From Owenia fusiformis (Eukaryota): a DNA stretch of 64,000 nt. Below are positions 49,807-63,339 of the stretch, in pieces. Below the pieces are notes generated by a model, which searched no databases, was not told the origin of the DNA, and saw only the letters and a program-made list of their open reading frames with translations. Positions within the stretch are counted from its first letter, which is position 1. The number at the start of each line of letters is the position of its first letter. The translations under genes were made by a program, and so were the position numbers. The DNA lies in contig CAIIXF020000001.1 of NCBI GenBank assembly GCA_903813345.2, forward strand, positions 17,236,001 through 17,300,000, given 5' to 3'.

Positions 49807-52676
49807 TCATGCATGTACAATTGAACACTTATCTGACTCCACTAAAATGGGTTGCTCATGAACACTAAATGCAAGGTATAGTAGAGTGAAATACCTCGCC
49901 GTGGCTTTTTATTTATCGGGGGCAAGCAGAAATGTAATTTACAATTCATCCATTAACGAAGAACTTCCCGTGAATTTAATGACCAAGATTCAATTAACTA
50001 TACATATTTGTAATGTTTTGGAAGGGTTTTAATTATGAGTCCTTCATCGCAGTAAAAACCATATTCTACTTCCCGAAAGCTCATCATACGATATCTTGTA
50101 TTACCATATATTTATTCAAATTACATTTTACCATAAACTGAAGTAGATTGTGCATTATGCTAATAACAGCGGATACCTTATTTTTCTTATTATATGAGAA
50201 CAATTAGGATTTGACGCATAGATGTTAAAGGCCTGTAGAGAGAAAATTTGATTTTTTAAACTTTTTCTGAGCTATCAGGGCAACATTTGGCTTAACATCT
50301 TCTTTGACATACCTATTTTCTTAAAATGTATGGATAGACTATCAATTTCAGCGTTAAAAAGCTTAAATTCATTTCAAAGCTTCTATAAAGGGAGTCCCAC
50401 TTATAGATTTTTAAGATCCACCTCGTTTCAAGAGGAATATCAGGGTTTCTTTGGGAAATAATAATAAATATCCAAACTTGTATATTTTGACACTGGTCCA
50501 TGATCGTTGAATGGCCCCTCTGCACTAATTATTGCACTTTTAAATATGAAAAACCCTCAACGAATCTGACCAAATAAAATGTACAAATCCAATATGCATG
50601 TACTTAGCGATATGCCATACTGTTAAACCAGTCATGTCAACAGTGAACAAGATGGCGATATGTACAGATGTTTTGTTTTAGTATTTTGTGTTAGGTATTT
50701 TAAGTTATGTCAGGATTTTTAAGTTATGTCAGGTATCTCAAGTCCAAAAATAAAGATAGTGAGTAATTTTGGAATTTTTCTTCTCCAAGTAAAATATTCC
50801 GCAGCCAGGTCTACGAAGCTTTAAAAGAGATATTTTTAAAAAAATTTGTTTTTTCACATCTCAACAAAATACTTATCTAAAATCGTTAATAAACAGGATG
50901 TTACATCGTATCATTTAGACATGATTCAGAATCTACGGTGAGTTTTGCACCGATCCTACTGTTAAACCAGCAGTAGTCCTTCCATGCTCCAGGAGACATC
51001 AAACAAATATCTCTGGTTGCATGAATAATGCCAGGGCAGGTGATTTTCTAAATCCTATGATCAAAATGCCATAATGCTATACAACCGTCGTTAATCTATA
51101 TCAAAGAATAATGTTATTCCCTTGATTATTTCCCTATCCGCCTCGCCATTGAAAGTAAAAGTGAGAGGATAACAGAGGTATTATATGGCTTTTATCTGAA
51201 GCACTTAAGGTATATTTGTATGATGAGAATACTTTGTTCAAATCAAAACATTTGCGATAAAATTTTGAAATGACATTGCCATGACATTGACATTGCAATA
51301 AGTCTCGGCCCGAGTTTTGGTTTTCAGCTTTTTTATGAAGTGCGGAACTGCTTCAGAATTACTTCTTATATTCACGCCTTTAAGAATTAAGTTTACTTAT
51401 TATTCACATGCACATCTTCAATATCTGCACAATCAGAGAAGATATGAATTAGGAATCTTAAAGAAATCTGAGGATATCTATATCCATACTACATTAATCA
51501 AAATAATGTTGATTAATATTGAAAATTTAAGGCCCATAATTTGATAATGTGCCTAAAATAAAAAAATAAGGCCTAAAAAGGCCAAGTAATGCCAAAAAGG
51601 CCAATTTATTGAGGTCCCTCAAAGGTTTTGAGCCCACATATATTTCTTGGCCAACCCTAGGAGGAGGGGGTAAAGTAGAAAATTTCCAGATTTGCACGTT
51701 AAATTTTCTGCCCGATTCTTTCGCTTAGAGTACACAGGAAATTTACTGTAACTTTGATATTTGCCACGTCAAAGTACACAAATCTTTAATATTGGGTTAT
51801 TCACAAAAATCAATACATTTTTATGTATTAACCAGCGGATTTAATCCCGAGAAAAAAATTGCCTCATTTTCCAGACCTGTGAAAGAATAATTAAATACCA
51901 TTCAATAATTTAATGATAAAAAATCGCCAATGCTTCTTGATAATCTACATGAGCGAAACTTCAGGTGTTATTCAGTTATTCGTCATAATTAGCAATTAAA
52001 TTCTAGATACCGTTCCGATCAATTCTTCTTGATAATAATGTAGTTTCGAACTTAAAATATTTTATCCAAAATGTTCCATCAAATCTTTCTTGGATCGTTA
52101 TATCCTACTCTATAATATTATATTGATTATGCAAGGCTGTCAACCTTCCGTTTGTCATCTTATACCAAAATTGTTGTTTGAAATGGAAATCTCTGCTATT
52201 GACTCCTGAGTTCTGTTTAGGTTGAAAGGAAATTCATAATCAATGTAAATATGAAAAGAATCAATAGGAATGCAATCAAAAGATACATATAAATATCAAG
52301 AAAAAAGATGAATGAGGCATAATGAGAAAACCGACTTATTAGCATATATAATCCTTTAACAATATGCCTTTAAATTTTCCATTCGTCATAAAGATAACAC
52401 ACGTACAAAGAATCACGGTAGAGATGAACGTAACTGTGAAAATATTGTTGTTGTTTTTGATTTGACCCGTTCTGATTGATCCATCGTCTGACGTCAAGAA
52501 AATAAAATACGCTATTTTTGAAGCATAGGATGAATACGTTAATGGGATTTGGGAAATAGAATATAACAGTCAACACTCTATAGAATAGCTGACTTCCTTA
52601 CAAAATAAGATAAAATTCAAATAAATTAATACATCATGTAAGTATGTTAATAACCATATTTGCCCACCTTGGTTAC

Positions 52677-55600
52677 CTTTACCACTTTCTTTGCCCTTTC
52701 CATTTTCTTTTTTGGAAACATCGTCGTCTTTGGTTGATTTATCCTCAGATTTGTCTCCTTTACCTTTACTTTTGTCGTCGTTTTCGTCCTCAGTGGATTT
52801 ATCTTTAGAATAGCCACCTTTACTTTTGTCATCATCTTTGTCCTCAGTCGATTTATCTCCAGACTTATCCCATTTATGTTTACCTTTGTCGTCATCCTCG
52901 TCCTTAGACGATTTTTCATCAGGCTTGACATTTTTACTTTTACTTTTGTCGTCATCTTTGTCCTTAGGCGATTTATCTTCAGACTTGTCCCCTTTACCTT
53001 TACTTTTGTCATCATCTTCATCTTCAGGCGATTTATCAGGCTTTACCCCTTTACCTTTACTTTTGTTGTCATCTTCGTCCTTAGACGATTTATCTTGAGA
53101 CTTTTCTCCTTTACCTTTATAGTCATCTTCGACCTTAGTAGATGTATCTTCTGACTTGTCCCCTTTACCTATACTTTTGTCATCATCTTCATCTTCGATG
53201 GATTTATCTTTAGACTTGTCCCCGTGGCCTTTGTCTTTGTCGTCATCTTCGTCCTTAGACGATTCATCTTCAGACTTGTCCCCTTTACCTTTACTCTTGT
53301 CGTCATCTTCGTCCTCCGCCGATTTATCTTTAGCCTTTTCCCCCTTGTCTTTACTTTTGTCGACATCTTTGTCCTTAGACGATTTATCTTCCGACTTGTC
53401 CCCTTTACCTTTACCCTTGTCGTCATCTTTGTCCTCCGTCGATTTATCTTTAGCCTTTTCCCCCTTGTCTTTACTTTTGTCGACATCTTTGTCCTTAGAC
53501 GATTTATCTCCAGACTTGTCCCCTTTACTTTCAGTTTTGTCGTCCTCTTTGTCCTCGGTCGATTTATCTTCAGACTTATCGCCTTTGTCTTTACTTTTGA
53601 CGTCATCTTTTTCCTCGGTCGATTTAACTTTAGACTTGTCCCCTTTACCTTTACTTTTGTCGTCCTCTTTGTCCTCGGTCGATTTATCTTCAGACTTGTC
53701 GCCTTTGTCTTTACTCTTGTCGTCATCTTTGTCCTCGGTTGATTTATCTTTGGACTTGTCGCCTTTACCTTCACTTGTGTCGTCCTCTTTGTCCTCGGTC
53801 GATTTATCTTTAGCCTTTTCCCCATTGTCTTTGCTTTTGTCGTCATCTTTGTCCTTCGACGATTTATCTTCGGACTTGTCCCCTTTGTCTTTACTTTTAT
53901 CATCATCTTTGTCCATAGACAATTTATCTTCGGACTTGTCCCCTTTACCTTTACTTTTTTCGTCACCTTTGTGCTCAGTCGATTTATCTTTAGACTTGTC
54001 CCCTTTGTCTTTAATTTTGTCATCATCTTCGTCCTTCGACGATTTATCTTTACCTTCATCTTCGGACTTGTCCCCTTTACCCTTACCTTTGTCATCGTCT
54101 TTGTCCCCAGTCGATTTATCTTTAGACTCGTCCTCTTTGTCTTTACTCTTGTCGTCATCTTCGTCCTTCGACAATGATTTAACTTTCGACTTTGCACCTC
54201 TTTTTATCCGTTTCGTTTCGGTAACACTTCCAAATTCTTCATGTTGTTCATTTTCTGTTTTCGAAAAACGATTCAAAGTCCCATTTTGCATAGTTCTGTC
54301 AAAGTTTAATTGAACATTTCTGTGAGCGTTAGACATCTGGGTAGGGTTAGAGTCATCGTTGTTACATAGAGCTTTGGAGCAACATATAAGTTTGTTAATA
54401 TTTTTTTCTGGACACTTCTTTAGGGGAATGCAACCCTTCCACACAATAAACGCATCATTATCGGAGTTTCTTATTGAGCCACAAACCTGTAAATATAATC
54501 AATATTATAATTACCAAGGTGCCAGGTAACACACGAACAAAATAATCGTCACTCATGGTTAGATTTCGTACTTTTGTTTTGTTATAGCTATTTATAAGAT
54601 ATTATAGATTATCTCTTGGATGAAAATTTTCTCTTTTTTCAAACTTGATATAACATATGTAACATAAAGAATCGACTATACTATCCCCAGGCTTAATCCA
54701 TTAGTTCTTATAATTCAAAATGACGAATAAAAGACGTGGGTGTATGTAAGGCTAAATGAGGTCAATAAGAAAATGTTATAATTGACCTGTTCTTAGTGTT
54801 GATTGTTTACTTAAACATTGTATCATTCCACTTTGGAAAGATACTTCATTAGACTTAAACTTGATTCAGGTATATTGATTACAGTGATATGTACCATTGT
54901 ATTATATGAACAATGAGTTTTAAAATAAGTCTAAATATGCTTTAAAACATGTTGTTTGAATTTGCCAAAAAGGTTCAATTGAATTTCATTGACATGCTCT
55001 TAAAAGGGTTTATGATGAAAATGGCTTGATAATATTCTTCTGTCCCGACAATGTATAATTTATGACAACATTGTTCAAATTAAATGTTCCCATAATTGGG
55101 TATACAACCTAATTTACTTTTCTGTCATCGAAGAATCACCGAGGGAAATGATCGTTAATGTTTATTGTTAAGGAGTACAAGTACATGTATAATGAGCAAG
55201 AGATGTCTCTTCTCTAGCTACAATGTCTAAAATTCTTTTTTTAATAAAATTAAATCCGTTGAAATGCAAAGAAATATCATTAAAAGACCATGTGCAGTAT
55301 GGTAAGTGATTTTAGATGGTCATATCTTTCACCATGAGTACTTTCTGGGCATAAACACAGTGGGTTTTATTAAAACAATATGTTTTATTTCAAGTGAAGT
55401 ACCCATGATGATAAAAATATCAATTGAAGAATTCGAAAAATTATGAATAGGGACACCATGTCAATTTTTTTTTCTAAATATTGAACCTATTTACTCAAAA
55501 GAGGATCTTCTTTTTATATTTTTATTGCATGAAAAGATCATTCAACAAGGAGTCTAAAACATCTTCAAATATAGAATGGTATTGAAAGTCTAGTTTGGAA

Positions 55601-56742
55601 GATATCAATTTTCGATGACCAAAATTATGCACAAAACAATGGATAGCGCGAGTTTTTTCCCTATGGGCAAATAACATGGGATATGTGGTTTTTAACTTTC
55701 GCATTTCAATACCCATCCCCTTTTCAGAAATTGTTAATTTAGTGTAGAGGAGATTTTTGATATGTTTAAATTGAGAAAAACAAGATTCTCTTTTTAGACA
55801 ATGAGCCTAACATTCTTAAAAAAGTGCCAAAGGTGAGGTCCTAATCAATAATTTTTCAAAGAGTTAGAATGATATTTTACTATCATGGGCCGGGGACTTA
55901 ACTTGAAAGAAAACATATTGTTTTAATAAAAACAACTGTATTGATGGCCAGAAAGTACTCATGGTGAAAGATACTGTATGATCATCTAAAATCAATTGCC
56001 AAATTGCACATGGACCTTTAATCAAAATACACGTGTTTATATTGTATGAGTGTATGTTGGTGTTGGTTGGGATCATGACCATCTAGTCCATGCCGTTGGG
56101 GAAAGCGGTATGGAAAAAGATGGGATAACGGTCCAACAGAAGTAAAAGAGGCTTGTGGGTCATGAAGGTGTCACTACGGTAAATAGCACTTCCGGGTATG
56201 ACAGTGTTTTTTAATACTTTAAAAACAAAGCCATGGCAAATCCAGTTGTGTATATAGTAAGTTAATGTGTATGTATAGTGAGATATTTGAGGTATTTATG
56301 TAAGTCTAGGTCAAGTACTTTCTAAATTTAAACTTGAAACTTGAATTTTGTGAATTTTTCAATGAATTATCGTAGTGACACCTTAAGTCGTAAAGAGGTC
56401 AGATATAGCATTAGTATATAAAATTTCAATCACCTCATTTTTGTCGCACACCATTGTCATCATTTGTCCATCATTGCACTCTAGTTCACTCTGGCATGCA
56501 AAACATTCTAGCGTAAAAACTAAAAAACAACAGCATTGAATTAGGGGAACGCTAGATACAAATGTATATATATCAAATTATCAAAAATCAGAGAAAGCTA
56601 AAGACAGAACACGAGTTATGATAATTTTGAACAAACCAATATGTAATTATATTCTAAACTGAAAAATAATGCAAACGTTTTTCATACCTTTGTTTAAATT
56701 TAATGCCATTATAACAGCAGCAAAGATCCAATGGTAATCCAT
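52677..56742 (-). CDS. Secreted protein: signal peptide, Ly6/uPAR (three-finger) domain, RIKR site and long Asp/Lys/Glu/Ser/Gly repeat
   Basis: Exons 56742-56688 (MDYHWIFAAVIMALNLNK), 56519-56434 (VFTLECFACQSELEC...VCDKNE) and 54486-52677 (VCGS...KGCIPLKKCP...ICCSKALCN, then repeats). There are 10 Cys, from LxCxxC to CCxxxLCN. With the TSP1 and PAN exons the total is 2520 nt = 839 aa, in frame. Confidence 0.85.
52725..54170 (-). repeat. Coding minisatellite, 60-bp (20-aa) unit, about 24 copies
   Basis: Consecutive 60-nt lines from 53161 to 54000 align in register; consensus approximately DKSTEDKDDDKSKGKGDKSE. Confidence 0.95.
56167..56382. mobile_element. 216-bp Kolobok-like MITE
   Basis: 12-bp perfect TIR GGTGTCACTACG / CGTAGTGACACC with RR..YY ends. 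Flanked by TGAA on the left (probably mutated TTAA) and TTAA on the right. Confidence 0.65.
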
Positions 56743-58418
56743 GTTTATAAATCTAATTTACACTGTGTTTCTTTTGATCACTCATTATTTCTCATCACTA
56801 AAACCATTGTGAGAAACTGATTATTATTTAATAGTATAATCCAAGTTTGCTTTACTCTACATATCTTAATGCCATGTTTCTGAGGCCTCGGTTGGATTAT
56901 TTAATGGTTCCACCTTGTAAATGTCACGGTGGTATTATTATGTCTAGTCAGTAAGTGTCTACTAGGCCCGTTAATCTCTCATACTCTCAAAGTGATCGAT
57001 TTAGTTTACTCGTTTCTACTTCACAATAATAATGGCGTATCCTAGATTAAATGTCCATGTTGCACTTTGGTTTGATGAAACATACATTATTAACAACAAT
57101 TATGATTAAATATCCAATTTGCTTTGTCGTTTTTGTAATTGGGTTTTACGCGTTTTCCCAGCTCTTGCATTAATAAGTTTTTTCTCTCGTCAGTAGCCGC
57201 GATAATAACAACTTTCTTTCTCATTTGATTGTTTTTCGATTTATGATACAAAACTCTAGCCTCTGACACTTAGATTTCAAATAATAATAACGATAATCAT
57301 AGATCGTTTTCTATTTACACTACTGCCTCTGGTTCATTTATGTTAGTAAAGAAATAATAGCTATGATTTCATAATATTTTTTTATGATTTTAATTTAAGT
57401 GGTTAATCAAGATCTTTTTTCAATACTTGATTATACGTTTACTGCTGAATGCACTATTGAATAAACCAAAGGAAATTTTCACTACAGTACCCAACACTTA
57501 AAAACGTATAAGCTATGTACTACGCGTTTGGTTTGATTAGAATATTTCGTATTTGGTGTGGTACTTTTAAATATCTACACAGTGTACTATATCAATCACT
57601 CAATAAACTAACAATAATGAAAAACACATGTTTGAAAACAATCTGCACACCATCAATGATTCACTGAATAGATCCTCACGAACACCTTATATGCGATGTG
57701 CCACAGTATGTAAAGTTGTCTTTGTTGTGTTTATTAATATCTATTGGTTTACAATGTTTTATCAAATTTGCAATAACCAAATTGTTGCACCAGGGATAGG
57801 TTAATAAGTAGGCCTAGTTATACAACTGATACATGAATTCTTGCTGTTCTTACTGCCATTTTTTGGCCAAAATTGTAAATTGATTACTTGATTTATACAC
57901 GCTATCAGATTAATAAAAATGCATTCATCTATATAAATTCTTCATTATTCGTTATGTTACATCATTATTTACTTCATGCCAAAAAAGAGAGCAGAGGTGA
58001 CGTAGCCAAGAAGAAAAAAGCGACGAGGCGAAACATATTTCCAAACCTTACCCAGCTTGCCTGTCAATAGAAGAACACGATGATAACCCATACGTATAGA
58101 GATTGTTCATAATTAAATAAAAAATGATGATTTAAGATTAAAAATCTATAAAAGTTATACAATTCAAAACTCATCATTGCTAGACGAATCTTTCTCAAAG
58201 GATGTGGCAAGTGCACGCGTCTCTGCCTCATCCTAGCTACGCTAGAGGGGTCACATAGGCTTTAGTCCATGGTATGAAATTCCTAAGACGCCTAATTAAA
58301 GAGCTGGTAACACAATATAGTGCAGCGATATTTGCCCTAATATATACATACCTACACATGTCCAGTATTATTTTTTATTGTAGCCGTTCAATATACTTCG
58401 GACTTTGAATAATATGTG

Positions 58419-58821
58419 TCATTAGCAGGGGTCAAAAACGAAATCCCCCTTTTTACAATTTGGAGTACATACTGCTACAGAAGATTATATAAATACATTT
58501 TGAGTGCATGTTTTAGGTTTCCTAATTATAAATTTGAGATTTGGACTGCTATTGTCGGGGATCAACTATCAATAAAGGAGGATGTATTACTCTTCATTGC
58601 CTTACTATATCTTTGGCTGAAACTATTCTGCCCCTAGTTATATATTGCTCAGTTGTTAATAAAACAACAACCAAGACCTGGTCGAAAAAATAAACAAAAT
58701 ATAATAAGCACATTTATGTTATTACACTAATTTAACCACCAGATATAACATTGAAATTATGCTTACACTATAACGTCTTGAAACGAATGAAAATATTTAC
58801 TTTTTTGACCCCTTGTAATGA
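58419..58821. mobile_element. Degenerate MITE, about 400 bp
   Basis: TCATTAGCAGGGGTCAAAAACGAAAT versus the reverse complement of the right end, TCATTACAAGGGGTCAAAAAAGTAAAT. Confidence 0.45.
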
Positions 58822-61081
58822 GAGGCAGTGTTGAATTCCGTTGGAGTATCATAAGATGTTATTTCTTTTACGAATATAAAATCATTACTTATATGTCTAG
58901 ATTACTTTCTATCTAAGTCTCAACAATTTGTTTTACTTTCTATAAGTAATAGATCTTCAAAAGGAACATTTCTACTTCGTTGATATTTACAGTAGCATAT
59001 CTTTTCCCGATATACTCAACTGATATTCCTTAAAGTGTCTTGACCTATTTAACAGATTTAATTTGATTAATACAATTTGATATATTATAGCATTGAAGCC
59101 GTTATATACCAAACAGTTGGATGCCACGTGAATTTCATTTTTGCACACGCTTGGATTGGGGTATCAGACCATATGTTTTCTACATTCACGCGGATTCAAC
59201 GTGAACTTTATTGACGCACATTATATACAAATAGAATTTGGATAATCGCTAATTCCTGGTGGTCAATAGTTTCTGTAGCACCGGTAAATGCCAATATATT
59301 TGAAAGAAAAAATAATTATTCACCTAAATACATGCACAGTGCGTTTTTTAAAATACATCCTAAATAAACGGCAATATAGATCGGTATTAGGTACAACCCA
59401 TCGATTACACATTGATTATTACAGCAGCACCAGCGACAATGATTCTTTCAATTTCAGAATATTTTGGGCTTATCATTCCTTGTCATCTCAATTTTCTCCC
59501 CAAAGTGTATAATATCTTAGAGGAAATCTTAAGAATTTCATTTTATCATTTGGGGGAATTTATACATTTCCTTCATTTTTGCACTTTGACATAAACAACT
59601 TCGCTATTAATTTATGGATCTTGAAACATCACCCTACACGTAATGATCGTACCAATTTTAAATGGCAGTGGTAAAGACGAGCCACGACGGCTAAAATCCC
59701 AAAACATATATCTATAGTACACGGTGATTTTACCTGTTTTAGAAGATATCAAATTGTGCAAGCCATGTCACACTACCCTACCACGCGACCACGTTTTAAA
59801 GGGATACCGGCCACAATTAATGAAGTTGCAAATGGAGGACTTGGGTTTTACCTAGGCCTGTTCTCGATCATATCCCGAGCAAGGTGCCATATCGGTGCTT
59901 ATTCAATGATTATCCTAGGGACATAAGTAAAGTTAAGCTACGCGTTTCTAAGAGAACGTCATGAACATGTTATGTTATGAGCCCCCGGGATTATTTACCT
60001 ACTCTCGACTGTTACAGGAACCTTTACAACTAAGTAAAACTATTGGGGAGAGCTTTCGGAATGTGCCTGGAATGATGGGAAATTATGTAAACTTATTATC
60101 TAGGTCAAAGGTCAACATCCAGGTCAAACTTTATATTTTCAACATTTCGCCAATTATTTGAAAATTTGAAAATGTGCCATTAGTTTTTGATTACTCTTAC
60201 CGATTTTGAGATATGCCGTCTGGAAAGAAGGTCAACAAAAATTGTTTATGGTATCAAAACGATAGGAAATTTTCGATAAAATCGATTTAATGATATCTCT
60301 AGCTCTATGTAAGGTTAATAGTGCTACGCGGAATACGGCATATATTCATGGTTTTGCGGTATTTGTGATACGAGTGAATATGACATAGGCCTACTCATCT
60401 GCGGTATATAGCATAATCCGCAGATGAGTATGGCATATTCCGCATTGAATATGTTGTGCAAATCAAAAGTTTTTGTCATGCTTAAAACTACAGATCTCCT
60501 TAAAACGAGACTTCAAGTGACAATTGAGGACCATTGAGGAATGGAATTAATTCAATATTCAAAAATATTGATTAGGAAAAATACTATAGACCGGCATTTG
60601 AGAATATTGTGCCAGAAATTAACCCACAAAGCCATCATCATTCACCGACTAACAAAAAAAGCGGAAACGTTTTGCTCTGTTTCTTCACATGACATCCAAA
60701 TAGTAATTGCAGATCCATAAGTCCCCCACTATTATGCCAATATAATATTAATGTATCATATCAAGTACATAATAAAGTCTGATTTGTCATATCACAAGCC
60801 TCCATATAATCAAGTCAGCTTATTTAAACACTATTGTCTCCTACTGATTCATAAACTTCATAGCAATCCATATATCGTTAATTCGAACAGTGACATCATT
60901 TTGACCAATAAATCTTTTTTTTATTACTATCACCTATTTCGACAACAGACTCAAAAAATAAATTTTGAAAATATACAATTACTCGTATCGATTTATAGTA
61001 ATTAAATCGGCATCGGGATTCTGTTGTCGAAGTCGGTGAAAGTGAAAAGGGTCTTTTATTTTTTACCTTTTATTGAAAATA

Positions 61082-62021
61082 CGAGGGTTGATCATAAAGT
61101 TCTCATAATATCTCTCTAATTTCTTTATTTTCAATATATTCTAATGAAATTTTCACAGAATGTGCAGCATAAAATGTCTTATTAATTCATCAAAAACATT
61201 TAGTTTAACAGAAATATTAGATAGGAAATGAGAGAAAGCAATTGAGAGAATGGCTCTAATTAACCATGTTAACAAACATAATAAACCCTCATAGATTACC
61301 AAACACGTTAAAATGTTAACTTGAATATGTTGTTAAATGCTTTTACTATTTAGAAAATTGATCATGGGATTGTGTGATGTCATAGGGGATGCTTTAATGC
61401 TTCATTAGATGTGATACCAGAGTATGAGACTCAAAGCTAATGATCAGATATGACTGAGTAAGAGAATCCAACAGATGCAGAGATCTTCAGAAAAATAAAA
61501 GTCATGCTGATAAAATGTTATATGTTAAGTTTGTAAGATACTTTGGTGTCAGACTAAACATGACCTAAAACAAATATATCGCTAAGATATCAAGAAAATT
61601 ACACCCTGCGTGTGGTCTGAATATGTTTAAAATGAACTAAAGGGGCAAAATCAATTTTCCTCCCCTTGGGATATTTGATAAAACAGGCACTTCTTATGAA
61701 GCATATTAATCATCCAATATGAGATCACACAATTCACATGACCATTATAATAGTTCACAACAGTCAAGACCACATATTATTTGACAATTTAATGTGTTTG
61801 ATAGCTTATTTGACAACTTATTATGTATTTAAACATGGTTAATGGGGGCTATTCTAGGTCGTTTTTTATTTGCCCCGGGTGGCTGGATTTCAATTATTCT
61901 AAATATTTTTGCTGGATTAATAAAATATTCCATGCTGCACATTCTTTGAACATTTCATAAGAAAATATTGAAAAATAAAGAAGTCAGAGAGATATTATGA
62001 GAACTTTATGATCTACCCTCG
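61082..62021. mobile_element. mariner-type MITE with long (about 300 bp) degenerate arms
   Basis: TA|CGAGGGTTGATCATAAAGTTCTCATAATATCTCTCT ... AGAGAGATATTATGAGAACTTTATGATCTACCCTCG|TA. Pairing continues inward to about 61385 and 61718. Confidence 0.9.
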
Positions 62022-62453
62022 TATATGCTTTTTTCTTGATGGCTGCAAAAAATATAACAAAAATTGCTAGTTCTATACCTTCTGTTCAATGCCATGTTAC
62101 AATATTTGCGTTGAAATTTACATTTGTTGGGCTGTAAAATCAATTTGATTAAGTTTTCAGTCTTGAAAAATAAGAATTTTAACTTTCTATCGGAAATTAT
62201 GCATTTTTCAAAATGGCCACCAAAAATCACCTTCGCATCTGTGAATGCTACAATGATAAGATTGGTGTCAAAATCTATACAAAAAGGTTTCGAGTCTTAA
62301 AAAGCTTTGTCACCTTAACACGACAGCAAAATGGCTCCCAACAAACATCATAGTGGTCAGTATGTTTAATTTCATCTTTTAATGTTCTTTTTAACGCAGG
62401 TCCTCGTCATCCAAGAGACACCAGAGTATCTTTTAATAACTCGCAATGAACCT

Positions 62454-63302
62454 CACCCTATGCAGACAGAGCCTGTGGGAAATATTGGGTGCGGAGCAAA
62501 TGAGCAGAGGGTGCGGAGCTAACGGTCATTTTTGAATTTAAAATTGGGATATTTCTGAAACTAAGCCGTTTTGGGACTTCAAATATACCAAGATATGTGT
62601 ATTTGACACCAAATATCAATACAATTGTGAAAATAGTAGCGCAATTCATTCTATAGCGACGCAGTGTGCCTTAAACCTTTCCCAGACCTATAAATTTTGA
62701 AATTATCCTTTTAATACTGAGTCCCCAGCATTCATAAAAAATGGTGTTCAAGGTGCACTATCTATACAAATTATTTTTGCATCTTGGAAGCCAGGCAGTA
62801 TCTGGGTGATTTTATAAAAATTCGGAAATTTTTTCAGATATGAGCCCCCTCTAAATATTGGGTGCGGAGCAGCTCCATAAACGTAGCTCCGCACCCAATA
62901 TTTAGAGGGGCTCATATCTGAAGAACATTTCCGAATTTTTATAAAATCACACAGATACTGCCTGGCTTCCAAGATGCAAAAATAATTTGCATGGGTAGTG
63001 TATCTTGAACACCATTTTTTATGAATGCTGGGGACGCAGTATTAAAAGGATAGTCTCAAAATATATAGGTCTGGGAAATGTTTAAGGCATACTGCGTCGC
63101 TATAAAATGAATTGCACTACTATTTTCACAATTTTATTGATATTTGGTGTCAAATACACATATCTTGGTATATTTGAAGTCCCAAAACGTCTTAGTTTCA
63201 GAAATATCCCAATTTTAAATTCAAAAATGACCGTTAGCTCCGCACCCTCTGCTCATTTGCGCCGCACCCAATATTTCCCACAGGCTCTGTCTGTATAGGG
63301 TG
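62454..63302. mobile_element. 849-bp foldback element (arms about 417 bp, 15-bp spacer) with 6-bp TSD
   Basis: CACCCTA...TAGGGTG termini. GAACCT flanks both ends (62448-62453, 63303-63308). Arms about 95% identical by eye; spacer 62871-62885. Confidence 0.92.
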
Positions 63303-63339
63303 GAACCTGCACCTGCAATGGTGAACAATGTACCATATA

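Noticed and set aside
50900-51050. Cys-containing minus-strand frame (ITCPGIIHATRDIC...YCWF) as an extra exon
   Set aside because: No phase-compatible acceptor/donor pair and no recognisable domain.
53156-54313. 385-aa Ser/Leu ORF on + and other overlapping ORFs (53169-54197, 53224-53742, 52647-53021)
   Set aside because: Shadow frames of the stop-poor 60-bp coding repeat; only the Asp/Lys frame links to a signal peptide and domain.
60325-60445. Nested short inverted repeats (TACTCATCTGCGG / CCGCAGATGAGTA)
   Set aside because: Probably a TE fragment; too short and undefined to call as an ncRNA or element.
62458-63298. Twin 63-aa ORFs on opposite strands
   Set aside because: Mirror images produced by the palindrome; no coding signature.
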